DNA of 64,000 nt from an uncultured delta proteobacterium. Its GTDB lineage: Bacteria; Myxococcota; Myxococcia; Myxococcales; Anaeromyxobacteraceae. How positions within the stretch are numbered: position 1 is the stretch's first letter; each line of letters starts with the position of its first letter. Below the pieces are notes generated by a model. That model searched no databases and was not told the origin of the DNA. It saw only the letters and a list, made by a program, of their open reading frames with translations. A program made the position numbers and the translations under genes. The stretch is from the NCBI GenBank assembly GCA_963845515.1, contig CAWJSR010000015.1:1-64000 (forward strand). Direction: 5' to 3'. Below are positions 42,096 to 51,309 of the stretch, piece by piece.

Positions 42096-43037
42096 ATGTT
42101 CCCGAGCGCGTCCAACCTGGCAGGCGGCGTCGACCGCGTCTTCCTCTACATCGTGGCGCTGTCCGCGGCCGTGCTCGTCGCGGTCACGGCGACGATGGTC
42201 TTCTTCGTCATCCGCTACTCCCGCTCGCGCCGGCCGGTGGCGGAGCAGATCGAGGGGAACCGCTGGCTGGAGGTCGCCTGGACCGCCATCCCCACCGTCA
42301 TCTTCCTGTCGATGTTCTATTACGGCTGGGCAGTCTGGAAGGGCGGGCGCGGGGGCCCCGCCGACGCGCCGGTGGTCACCGTCACGGCCAGGCAGTTCGC
42401 GTGGTCCTTCACCTACCCGGGCGGCAAGACGACCCCTGAGCTGGTCCTTCCGCTGGGGCGCCCGGTCAGGCTGGACGTAAGGTCGCTCGACGTCGTCCAC
42501 GGCTTCTTCGTCCCGGCCTTTCGCGTGAAGGTGGACGCCGTGCCTGGCCGGACCAACTACACCTGGGTCACGCCGACGGTCGAGGGCAGCTACGACATCG
42601 AGTGCACCGTCATCTGCGGGCCGACCCACTCCTACATGCTCTCGAAGGCCAACGTCGTTCCGGCGGAGGTCTACGACGCCTGGGTCGCCACCTCCGCGAC
42701 CGAGCCTCCGGGCGCTGGTGGGGTCCTCCCCGCGAAGCCCGCCCCGCCGGCGGACCCCGTGGCGCGCGGGAAGGCGCTCGCGGCGGACAACGGCTGCACC
42801 GGCTGCCACAGCGAGGACGGGTCGCCGCTGGTCGGGCCGACCTTCAAGGGGCTCTGGGGCAGGTCGGAGCCGCTCGAGACCGGCAAGACCGTGGTCGTCG
42901 ACGAGCCCTACCTGGTGCGCTCCATGAAGGAGCCGAGCGCCGACGTGGTGAAGGGCTACCCCGACGCGATGCCCCCGCAGCCGCTCACCGACGCCCAGAT
43001 CCAGGACGTGATCGCGTGGCTCAAGACGCTGAAGTGA
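42096..43037 (+). CDS. coxB: Cytochrome c oxidase subunit II with fused cytochrome c
   Basis: LEVAWTAIP, DVVHGF, CTVICGPTHSYM (CuA), CTGCH heme motif, AMP distal Met. Confidence 0.95.
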   Translation: MFPSASNLAGGVDRVFLYIVALSAAVLVAVTATMVFFVIRYSRSRRPVAEQIEGNRWLEVAWTAIPTVIFLSMFYYGWAVWKGGRGGPADAPVVTVTARQFAWSFTYPGGKTTPELVLPLGRPVRLDVRSLDVVHGFFVPAFRVKVDAVPGRTNYTWVTPTVEGSYDIECTVICGPTHSYMLSKANVVPAEVYDAWVATSATEPPGAGGVLPAKPAPPADPVARGKALAADNGCTGCHSEDGSPLVGPTFKGLWGRSEPLETGKTVVVDEPYLVRSMKEPSADVVKGYPDAMPPQPLTDAQIQDVIAWLKTLK

Positions 43038-43104
43038 GCGCGGCCCGAGTAGCCAACACCTCTCCCCCGCCTCTGCGGGGGGAGGCGCGCCAAGAGGCGC
43101 TGCC

Positions 43105-43961
43105 ATGCCGAGGGGGCTGATCTTGCGGCGCTGGCGAAGCTGAGGATCTCCCTCCTCTCCACCCTCTCCGCCGCCACCGGCTTCCTGGCCGCCTCGCGCG
43201 AGCTGCGCGCACCCCTCGCCGCGACGCTCGCAGGCACCTTCCTCCTCGCCGCCGCCGCCGCCGCGCTCAACGAGGTCCTCGACCGGAAGCGTGATGCGCT
43301 CATGCTGCGGACCCGCGCGCGCCCGATCCCCGCGGGCCGGCTCGGCGTGCGGCCGGCGCTCGGCTTCGTCGTGCTCACCTCGGCGGCCGGCACCGCGCTC
43401 CTCGCCGGCGGCGCGGGGCCAGTGCCCGCGCTCCTCGGCCTCGCCGCCCTCCTCTGGTACGACGCCGTCTACACCCCGCTGAAGCGCTTCACGGCGTTCG
43501 CGGTCCTGCCCGGCGCCGTCGTCGGCGCGCTCCCGCCAGCCATCGGCTGGACGGCCGCGGGAGGAGCGCTCTCCGACGGGCGGCTCCATGCGCTCTGCGT
43601 CTTCTTCCTCCTCTGGCAGGTGCCCCACTTCTGGCTGCTCGCGCTCCGGCACGCCGAGGACTACCGGCGCGCCGGGCTGCCGACGCCGGCGAGCCGCTTC
43701 TCCCCCGCGCAGATGGGGCGGATCACCGTGACGTGGACCCTCGCCACCGCCACCTCCACGCTCCTGCTGCCGCTCTTCGGCGTCACCCGAACCGCCCTGA
43801 CGGCCTTCGGGTTCGTGGCCGCGGCGGCGCTGCTCGGCCCCTCCACCCTGGCCCTGCTGGAGGCAGGCGAGCGCCGGGAGCCCCTGCGGCGAGGCTTCGT
43901 GGCGGTGAACGCGGTCGCCGTGGTGGTGATGATCCTCGTGTGCGCTGACGCCCTGCGCTGA
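43105..43961 (+). CDS. ctaB: Protoheme IX farnesyltransferase (probable missing G in the run at 43112-43116)
   Basis: LNEVLDRKRDALMLRTRARPIP, YTPLKR, LWQVPHF. The frame has no start before the conserved N-terminus, so ATG 43105 plus one G is the simplest repair. Confidence 0.9.
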
Positions 43962-44039
43962 CCCCCGGCACCTCGCCCGGCGTCGAACCTGCCTTCGAGG
44001 GCTTTTCCTGCCCAAGCCGACCGTGTATGGATTCGCCGC

Positions 44040-44792
44040 ATGAAGACACTCACCGAGCTCGCCGGAACCCAGATTCGAATGGCAGCGGCCGCGATCGCCG
44101 AGGCGAAGCGGTCGCTCCCCCGCGAGGAGCCACCCGCGCCCTCCCCGGCGCCAGAGGCGGCCCTCGCCGAGGCAGTGCCCGCCGAGGCGGCGGCCGAAGC
44201 GGCAGCGCCCGCCGAGGCAGCCCCCGCCGAGGCGGCGCCCGAGGCAGGCGCTGCTGCCGAGCCCGTTGCCGCCCCCGAGGCCAGCGCCGCTGCGCCCGCC
44301 CAGCCGGACAAGCGCGCGAAGAAGGCCGAGCCGGTCGAGGAGGTGGAGAGCGACGCGGTGAAGGCTGCGCTCGACGCCGCCGTGGAGAAGGCCACCGGCA
44401 TCTCGGGCGATCGCCTCTCGCGGCTCCGCGACGCGGTCAAGGTCGTGGGGAACCGCTCCAAGGACGTGCGGCTCGTCCGGGTCTTCGGTCCCGAGGAGCC
44501 CGTCGCTGGCGCCAGGACGATCGGCGGCTTCCAGTACGTGGCCGACTTCTCGCCCGCCAACATGGCGCAGACGTTCAGCGGCCCGAAGAAGGAGCGCGGC
44601 GGCCGTGGCGGCGGAGGCGGAGGCGGCGGTGGACGCGGCGCCGGTTCGGGCGGCGGCACCAAGGCCGGCGCGACCGGCGGCTTCTCGATGGACTCGCTCC
44701 GCGAGGACCGCAAGGGGCAGCGCCCCGGCGGCGGCCGTCCGGGCGGCGGCGGCCGCAAGCCCGGCGGCGGCGGCGGACCGCGCGGCAAGTAG
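44040..44792 (+). CDS. Hypothetical low-complexity protein (Ala/Glu/Pro-rich middle, Gly/Arg-rich tail)
   Basis: Host-like codon usage; AAPAE repeats; RGG/PGGG tail. Confidence 0.7.
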   Translation: MKTLTELAGTQIRMAAAAIAEAKRSLPREEPPAPSPAPEAALAEAVPAEAAAEAAAPAEAAPAEAAPEAGAAAEPVAAPEASAAAPAQPDKRAKKAEPVEEVESDAVKAALDAAVEKATGISGDRLSRLRDAVKVVGNRSKDVRLVRVFGPEEPVAGARTIGGFQYVADFSPANMAQTFSGPKKERGGRGGGGGGGGGRGAGSGGGTKAGATGGFSMDSLREDRKGQRPGGGRPGGGGRKPGGGGGPRGK

Positions 44793-44796
44793 CGGT

Positions 44797-44846
44797 CCGC
44801 TCTCCCCTCTCCCTCATCGAGGGAGAGGGTCAGGGCGAGGGAGCGG
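44797..44846. repeat. REP-like palindrome CCCTCTCCC/GGGAGAGGG
   Basis: CCCTCTCCCTC-atc-GAGGGAGAGGG followed by TCAGGGCGAGGG; related sequences at 43059-43085 and 49462-49496. Confidence 0.7.
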
Positions 44847-44848
44847 CT

Positions 44849-45397
44849 TCACCGTCCCGCAGCGGGCTTCGCGCCCGCGCGGGACGCCGTCTCGTCCATG
44901 CTCGAGAAGAGCGAGGGCGGCGCGCGGTCCGGGTCTGCCTTGCCCGGGTGGCACACGACGCAGAACACCGTCATGCTCGGCGCCTGCTTGCCCGAGGCAA
45001 CCCGCAGGTACCGGTAGTTGGGGTTGGACGGGTGCGGGTCGTGGCAGGCCACGCACTCGAACTGTCCGTCGCGGAGCAGGTCCTCGGGGACCTTCGCGAG
45101 CCGCCGGTTCACGACGGCCCTCGAGAACGGGTGGCCGAGGTGATTCGCCACCGAGCCGAGCCCCTTGCCGCCCTCCGCCGGATCGGCGTGGCAGGCGAGG
45201 CAGAACTGGGTCACCGGCGCGTGCGGCTGGTTGGTCTTCGGGTCGAGCATCTTGCGGTTGGGCGCGACCGCGTACAGGTCCACCCCCTTCGCCGCGTGCA
45301 TCGAGTGGCAGCCGGTGCAGCCGATCTTGTCGTGCCCCCCCACGCCGAGGGCAGCGGCGGGTGCCACCAACGTCAGGACCAGCGCCAGGGTCCTCAT
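44849..45397 (-). CDS. Tetraheme c-type cytochrome (doubled CxxCH type)
   Basis: Signal peptide; [35 protein letters not shown] overlap with upstream gene. Confidence 0.9.
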   Translation of the reverse strand: MRTLALVLTLVAPAAALGVGGHDKIGCTGCHSMHAAKGVDLYAVAPNRKMLDPKTNQPHAPVTQFCLACHADPAEGGKGLGSVANHLGHPFSRAVVNRRLAKVPEDLLRDGQFECVACHDPHPSNPNYRYLRVASGKQAPSMTVFCVVCHPGKADPDRAPPSLFSSMDETASRAGAKPAAGR

Positions 45398-46859
45398 CGC
45401 CGCCTCCCTCCGAAGATCGAGCCGAGGACGCCGCGGATGATCTCCCGCCCGAGCTGCGTGCCCGCCGCCCGGACCGCGCTCGTCGCGACCTTGCCGAGGA
45501 GGTCGGCGGCGCCGCCCGGCTGGGGGCGGGCCGGCCGCTCGGCCTTCCGCTCCTGCGTCTGCCGGCGGCTCGATCGCCGCCGCCCGCTGCGAGAGCCGCT
45601 CGAAGGCAGAGTCGCGGTCGATCGCCTTCTCGTACTTGCCGGCGATGGGCGAGCCCTGGATCACCTCGCGCCGCTCCTCCGGCGACAGCGGCGAGAGCTG
45701 GCTGCGGGGCGGGACGACCCAGGCCCGCTCCACCGGCCTCGGCGTCCCGCTCGCGTCGAGCGTCGAGACCAGCGCCTCCCCCACCGCGAGCTGGGTGATC
45801 GCCTCCGCGGCGTCGAAGGCGGGGTTGGGCCGGAAGGTCTCGGCGGCAGTCCTCACCGCCTTCTGGTCACGCGGCGTGAAGGCGCGCAGCGCGTGCTGCA
45901 CGCGGTTGCCCAGCTGGCCGAGGACCGTCTCCGGCAGGTCGAGCGGGTTCTGCGTGACGAAGTAGACGCCGACCCCCTTCGAGCGGATGAGCCGGACCAC
46001 CTGCTCGATCTTCTCGCGCAGCTCGGCCGGCGCGTCGTCGAAGAGGAGGTGGGCCTCGTCGAAGAAGAAGACCAGCTTCGGCTTGTCGAGGTCGCCGACC
46101 TCGGGGAGGTCCTCGAAGAGCTCTGAGAGGAGCCAGAGCAGCAGCGCGCCGTAGAGCGCTGGTGAGCGCATCAGCCGGTCCGCGGCGAGGACCGTGACGA
46201 CGCCGCGGCCGCTCGCGTCGGTCCGCATGAGGTCGGCGAGCTCCAGCGCCGGCTCGCCGAAGAGCCGGTCGCCCCCCTGCTCCTCGAGCGTCAGCAGGCC
46301 GCGCTGGATGGCGCCGACGCTGGTGGAGGTGACGTTGCCGTACTGCTGGCGCAGCTCCGCCGCCTTCTCGGAGACGAGCTGGAGCATCGCCCGCAGGTCC
46401 TTCAGGTCGAGCAGCAGCAGGCCGTTGCTCGTCGGCGACCCGGAAGGCGATCTGCAGGACTCCCGCCTGCGTCTCGTTCAGCCCCAGGATCCGTCCGAGC
46501 AGGAGCGGCCCCATCTCCGAGATCGTCGTCCGGAGCGGGTGGCCCTGCTCTCCCCAGACGTCGAGGAAGACGGTCGGGCACGCCTCCGGGGGCAGCTCGA
46601 GCTTCAGCTCCTTGGCGCGCGCGAGGACGCGCGGGTCCGTCCCGCCGGGCAGCGCCAGCCCGGAGAGGTCCCCCTTCACGTCGGCCATGAAGACCGGGAC
46701 GCCCATCCGGGAGAAGCCCTCGGCGAGCACGCGGAGCGTGACGGTCTTGCCGGTGCCGGTGGCGCCGGCGACGAGCCCGTGCCTGTTGGCGAGCCTGGGC
46801 AGCAGCTCGACATCGGTCTTCGCGCGGGCGACGAGGAGGGGCGGGATCGGGTTGGGCAT
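45394..46859 (-). CDS. yjgR: YjgR/DUF853 HerA-like ATPase (frameshifts near 46428 and 45560)
   Basis: [42 protein letters not shown]; corrected end [18 protein letters not shown]. Confidence 0.88.
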
Positions 46860-47026
46860 GTCCGACGTTTCTACCCTCTCGGGGAAGCGATGCAACGACC
46901 GAGCGCCGGTGCCAGATCCGTTTTCGGCGCCGCGCGTTGCACCTACAGGCGCCCCTATCGCGCCCTGCCCGGATCCTGCCAAGGTGTACTCCCCGGGGAT
47001 GCGGCCCTCGCCGCACTGGAGAACAG

Positions 47027-49444
47027 ATGCGCGTCCTGCTCGCCGGTCCTGACTTCGAGGCCAACCTCTCGCTCCTCTACCTGGCGGCGTCGCTGCGCGC
47101 CGCCGGGCACGAGCCGGTCATCGCCCCCTTCAACTGCTGGGAGGACGCGGCCTCGGTCGTCCGCGCGGCGCGCGACGCCGATCTGGTCGGCCTCTCGATG
47201 TGCTTCCAGGTGCGAGCGCTGGAGTTCCTGGCGCTCGCCGACGCGCTCAAGCGGGACGCCCCCGGCCGCCCGGTCGTCGCCGGCGGCCACCACGCCTCCT
47301 GCGCGGCGGACGAGCTGCTGGAGCACCACGCCGCGCTCGACGTCATCGTCCTCCACGAGGGGGAGGACTCGCTGGTCGAGCTGGCGGCGCTGGGGAGCGC
47401 GCTGGTGGCGCGCGCCAGCGAGGTCCCGGGGGTCGCCTTCCGGCGCGACGGCCGGGCCGCGCGCTCGGCGACGCGCCCGATCCGCGAGGCGCTCGACTCG
47501 CTCCCCCGGCCGGACCGCTCCGGCCCCGCCCGGCTCCTCTGCGGCGTGCCTACCGCCTACATGATGGGGAGCCGCGGGTGCGTCAGCGACTGCGACTACT
47601 GCTGCATCACGACGCTGCACCGGCTCTCCCCCGGCCCGCGCTTCCGTCAGCGCTCCCCAGAGGACGTCGCCGACGAGATGGCCGATCTCTACCACCGGCG
47701 GGGTGTGCGCCAGTTCGTCTTCCACGACGACAACTTCCTCGTGCCGAGCCAGGCGCACAACCGCGCACGGATCGGCGCCATCGACGCGGCGCTGAAGGGG
47801 CGCGGCGTCGGCGACGTCGGGCTCGTGCTCAAGTGCAGCCCGCGCGACGCCGAGCGCTCCACCCTCGAGCGGCTGCGCGACATGGGGCTCCTGCGGCTCT
47901 TCATGGGGATCGAGTCGGCCAGCGCCTGCGGCCTCGCGTCGATCGGGCGCCGCCAGACGGTCGAGCAGAACGAGCGGGCGCTCGCGACGACCGAGGCGCT
48001 CGGCATCTCGACGCAGTACACGCTCATCATCTTCCACCCCGAGGCGACGATCGCGTCGATGCTCGACGACCTCGACTTCGCCGGCCGCCACCCGGCGCAC
48101 CCGCTCAACTACTGCCGCGCCGAGGTCTACTCGGGGACGCCGCTCGAGGCCCGGATGGTGGCCGCCGGCCGCGCCGAGGGGAGCTACCTCGGTCGCACCT
48201 ACCGGTACACGGACCCGAAGGTCGCCCTCGTCTGGGAGACGGGCAGCGACCTCTTCGCGGGGCGCTGCTGGGGGAAGGACGACCTCCTCGGGAGGGTGAT
48301 CCGGATCGACCACCAGGTCGCGGTCCTCGGCCACTTCTACGAGGGGCGCAAGGTCCGGGAGCTCGTCCGGTCGTTCCAGGGCTGGCAGGTCGAGCTGAAC
48401 CTCGAGACCGCGGGGTACTTCCGCGAGCTGGTGCTGGCGTGCGGCGACGCGCGCGGGGTCGACGACCCGGTGCTGGAGCGCGTCGTCGACGGGATCCGGC
48501 GCAGGGAGGCGCCGGCGCGCGAGGTGCGGCTGCGCGAGCTCTGCCGCTACCGCGAGGCGCTCGAGCGGTTCGCCAACGCGTCCGTGGCGAGCGGGCGCCG
48601 CCACGCGATCGCCAGCCCACGGAGCCGGATGCTCGGCCCGCGCCATGCCGCCGCCGTCGCGGCCGCGATCGGGATGTTCGGCTGCGCGGTCGCGCACGAC
48701 CGCGGCATCCAGGAGGCGCCGCCGCCGCCGATGGACCGGCGGCCGCCCCCGGTCCCGCCGCCGCCGGAGCCGCCGGCGAAGGAGCCGGCCCGGACGGAGT
48801 CCAAGCAGCCGCAGCAGGGGCCATGGGTCCCGGTCGAGCCCGACTACGTGCGGGATGAGGGGGTGGCCGAGGCCGCGCCGCCGCCGTACGACCCCGTCAA
48901 GCCGCCGCCGATCGAGGAGCCGGTCAAGGTCCCCACGCCATTCCTCCACGACCACGGGGTAGCCGAGGCGGCGCCTCCTCCGTACGACGAGAGGGTCGTG
49001 AGACCCGACGACGAGGTCCTGACGAAGCGGTACCGGCACGACCAGGGGATCGCCGAGGCCGCGCCGCCCCCATACGATCGCATCAAGGAGATGGCGACGC
49101 AGCCGCAGATCTTCGACCTGAAGACGTCACCCTCGGTGCCGCTCACCTTCCGGGGCCAGCCCATCAACGGGCCCTTCAAGCTCGCCGCAGGGGACCCGCC
49201 GGTCACCCTCGGAGATGCCACGACCCCGATCCGCGCGACGCTGAGGATCCTCCCGCGCCCGGGCCGGCAAGCGATGGTCCGGGTGGAGTCGAGGGGGCCG
49301 CTCACCGTGACGCTCGACGGAAAGGCGGGGCCGACCCCCTTCACCGCCATGCTGCCGGAGGAGGGCGGACCGTTCGCCACCCTCCTGCTCGATGACCCGG
49401 CGACGGCGGCCCGCGTCGTGGTCCGCCTCATCGAGCGGCGCTGA
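47027..49444 (+). CDS. Cobalamin-binding radical SAM protein with C-terminal lipobox-like segment, four repeated peptides and a beta-rich tail
   Basis: GGAG RBS; NLSLLYLAASL and VVAGGHHAS (B12 domain); GSRGCVSDCDYC; FHDDNF; MGIES; YSGTPL; then AAAVAAAIGMFGC and the repeats. Confidence 0.9.
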   Translation: MRVLLAGPDFEANLSLLYLAASLRAAGHEPVIAPFNCWEDAASVVRAARDADLVGLSMCFQVRALEFLALADALKRDAPGRPVVAGGHHASCAADELLEHHAALDVIVLHEGEDSLVELAALGSALVARASEVPGVAFRRDGRAARSATRPIREALDSLPRPDRSGPARLLCGVPTAYMMGSRGCVSDCDYCCITTLHRLSPGPRFRQRSPEDVADEMADLYHRRGVRQFVFHDDNFLVPSQAHNRARIGAIDAALKGRGVGDVGLVLKCSPRDAERSTLERLRDMGLLRLFMGIESASACGLASIGRRQTVEQNERALATTEALGISTQYTLIIFHPEATIASMLDDLDFAGRHPAHPLNYCRAEVYSGTPLEARMVAAGRAEGSYLGRTYRYTDPKVALVWETGSDLFAGRCWGKDDLLGRVIRIDHQVAVLGHFYEGRKVRELVRSFQGWQVELNLETAGYFRELVLACGDARGVDDPVLERVVDGIRRREAPAREVRLRELCRYREALERFANASVASGRRHAIASPRSRMLGPRHAAAVAAAIGMFGCAVAHDRGIQEAPPPPMDRRPPPVPPPPEPPAKEPARTESKQPQQGPWVPVEPDYVRDEGVAEAAPPPYDPVKPPPIEEPVKVPTPFLHDHGVAEAAPPPYDERVVRPDDEVLTKRYRHDQGIAEAAPPPYDRIKEMATQPQIFDLKTSPSVPLTFRGQPINGPFKLAAGDPPVTLGDATTPIRATLRILPRPGRQAMVRVESRGPLTVTLDGKAGPTPFTAMLPEEGGPFATLLLDDPATAARVVVRLIERR
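48695..49078 (+). repeat. Four 14-codon peptide repeats inside the radical SAM gene
   Basis: HDRGIQEAPPPPMD 48695-48736; RDEGVAEAAPPPYD 48851-48892; HDHGVAEAAPPPYD 48947-48988; HDQGIAEAAPPPYD 49037-49078. Confidence 0.95.
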
Positions 49445-49461
49445 CACCTCATGATGATCCT

Positions 49462-49496
49462 CCCTCTCCCCCACATACAAGGGTCAGGGTGAGGGG
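49462..49496. repeat. Degenerate REP-like element
   Basis: CCCTCTCCCC...AGGGTCAGGGTGAGGGG, matching the 44797-44846 element. Confidence 0.55.
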
Positions 49497-49506
49497 GCGA
49501 CGGTGG

Positions 49507-50124
49507 CTACCGCTCCGGCGGCTGGACCCGGTGCACGTCCTTCGGCAGCTTCACGTCGAAGTCCGAGTCCTTCAGTCCGCGGTTGGTCTCGATCTTCTCG
49601 AAGACCACCCTGTTCTCGTTCCCTGAGCCGTCGCGGACGCGGGTCTCGGTCACCTGGCCCGACGAGGCCACGACCAGCAGGATCGAGGCCACGCGAGGGT
49701 CGGCCTCCTTCGGGCGCAGCAGCAGCCCCCCGGCGCCGTCGGTCGCGAAGTCGAACTCCTTCGCGAGGTCGCCGGTGCCCACGAGGAAGGTGACGGCGGC
49801 GCTCATCGCCGACGCGTCGAACCTCTCGTCGACGAAGGCCTGGTTCTCCTCCGGCTCGTACTGCACGAGCCGCTTCCCCTTCACCGCCACCGTCTTCGGC
49901 GCTGGGCTCTCGTAGTCCCACCGCATCATCCCGGGCTTCTTGACGCGCAGCCTCCCCTTCGAGACCTGCGAGCGCCCGAAGCTCGCGTAGGTGTACGTCT
50001 GGGTGAAGCGGGCCTCGAGGTCGCGGGTGCGCTCGTAGAAACCCTGGACCCGCTGCGCGAGCGCTGCGGCGTCGGGTGAGGAGGACAGCGCTAGGAGCAT
50101 GGCGGCGGCGTGTGGAGCGAGCAT
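49507..50124 (-). CDS. lolA: Outer-membrane lipoprotein carrier protein
   Basis: GGAGG RBS; signal peptide; ARFTQ...SKGRLRVKKPGMMRWDY...YEPE...GNENRVVF...F. Confidence 0.9.
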   Translation of the reverse strand: MLAPHAAAMLLALSSSPDAAALAQRVQGFYERTRDLEARFTQTYTYASFGRSQVSKGRLRVKKPGMMRWDYESPAPKTVAVKGKRLVQYEPEENQAFVDERFDASAMSAAVTFLVGTGDLAKEFDFATDGAGGLLLRPKEADPRVASILLVVASSGQVTETRVRDGSGNENRVVFEKIETNRGLKDSDFDVKLPKDVHRVQPPER

Positions 50125-50237
50125 GGAGCCTCCTCCATAGCAGACGCGCGGGGGTCGACGGCATTCACGGAGCGGGCCGGCGCGCCGTGTCCCGCCCTTG
50201 ACGCACCCTGGCGTACGAGGGATCCTCGCCGGCCCTG

Positions 50238-50519
50238 ATGCGCAGACTCCTCGTCATCGCCGCCCTCACCGCCCTCACCGCCTGCACGAAGCCGTGCGAG
50301 GAGCTGGGCAACCTCATCTGCAAGTGCTCGCCGACCGGGACGTCGACGGACACCTGCGAGCGGCAGGTGAGCAACGTCTATGACAGCGCAGATCCGTCCA
50401 AGGATCAGGACGCGCGCTGCGCCGACTACCTCGACAGCTGCGACGCCCCGAACGACGTCGACTTCTGCGAGTGGCTCTCGAGCCCGGACGGCAAGACCGC
50501 CTGCGGCCTCGCCTACTGA
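50238..50519 (+). CDS. Small Cys-rich lipoprotein
   Basis: Lipobox LTAC; eight further Cys in 77 aa; TTGACG-17nt-GATCCT upstream. Confidence 0.8.
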   Translation: MRRLLVIAALTALTACTKPCEELGNLICKCSPTGTSTDTCERQVSNVYDSADPSKDQDARCADYLDSCDAPNDVDFCEWLSSPDGKTACGLAY

Positions 50520-50633
50520 TCGACCCCCCGCATCCCCTCGCGCCCGGCCTCTGCTCCCGCGCTCCGCGCCGGGGAGGTGGCGTCACGTCCTCCGTTCGTG
50601 GCATCGTGCCGTTCACTCTCAGGGAGGGACGAC

Positions 50634-51305
50634 GTGGCGCCAGACGTGACTCAGAGCGAGCCCCCGCGCGTCTTCGTAGGCTTCTCCACCCCGAAGCGCT
50701 GGAACCCGCTCTCGTGGGCCATCCGACGCGCCACCGACTCACCTGCGAGCCATGCCTGGCTCCTCGTCGACGACCCGGTCTTCAAGGTCCGGCTCGTCGT
50801 CGAGGCGGGGGTGACGGGGTTCCGGATCGAGTCGCTCGCCCGCTTCGAGAAGACCAACGTGATCGTCGCGATCGTCGCGCCGCAGCACCGGCTCGAGGAG
50901 GGGATGCCCGAGACGGCCCGCTGGCTGGGAGAGAAGTTCGACAAGCGGGGGCTCGCCGGCATGGCGTGGGTGCTCATCGGGCGGCTCTTCTTCCACGCGC
51001 GCTGGAAGAACCCTTTCCGTAGCGTGAAGGCCCTCTTCTGCTCCGAGGCGGTGGCCAGATCCCTCGTCGAGGCGAGGTACCCCGGGGCCGCCGAGCTCTT
51101 CGAGGGCAAGGAGGAGGAGGTCGCCCCCGGCGATCTCCTGCGCTGGTTCGAGCGGGATGGGGCGAGCGTCGTCCGCTACGGAGCCGACATCACCAGCGTG
51201 ACCCCGGTCGACGCCCCCGCGCTCTACCACGACGCCCTGGAGCCGATCCCCTGGCCACTCGTCGGCCGGCGCCGGTCCAAGGGGCAGCTCCTCGCGGAGC
51301 CGTGA
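50634..51305 (+). CDS. Permuted papain-like NlpC/P60 (YiiX/YaeF-like) amidase
   Basis: GGGAGG RBS; IRRATDSPASHA (His first), VEA, later ALFCSEAVA (Cys), VAPGDL. Confidence 0.7.
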   Translation: MAPDVTQSEPPRVFVGFSTPKRWNPLSWAIRRATDSPASHAWLLVDDPVFKVRLVVEAGVTGFRIESLARFEKTNVIVAIVAPQHRLEEGMPETARWLGEKFDKRGLAGMAWVLIGRLFFHARWKNPFRSVKALFCSEAVARSLVEARYPGAAELFEGKEEEVAPGDLLRWFERDGASVVRYGADITSVTPVDAPALYHDALEPIPWPLVGRRRSKGQLLAEP

Positions 51306-51309
51306 CCGC

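Noticed and set aside
44849..46387. Apparent HerA-like ATPase-multiheme cytochrome fusion
   Set aside because: An indel near 45560 explains it; the normal YjgR C-terminus and an ATGA-coupled cytochrome start with a signal peptide are present.
48695..49078. Repeats as a CRISPR-like or DNA-level array
   Set aside because: They are in frame, vary at third codon positions and have unequal spacers, so the conservation is at peptide level.
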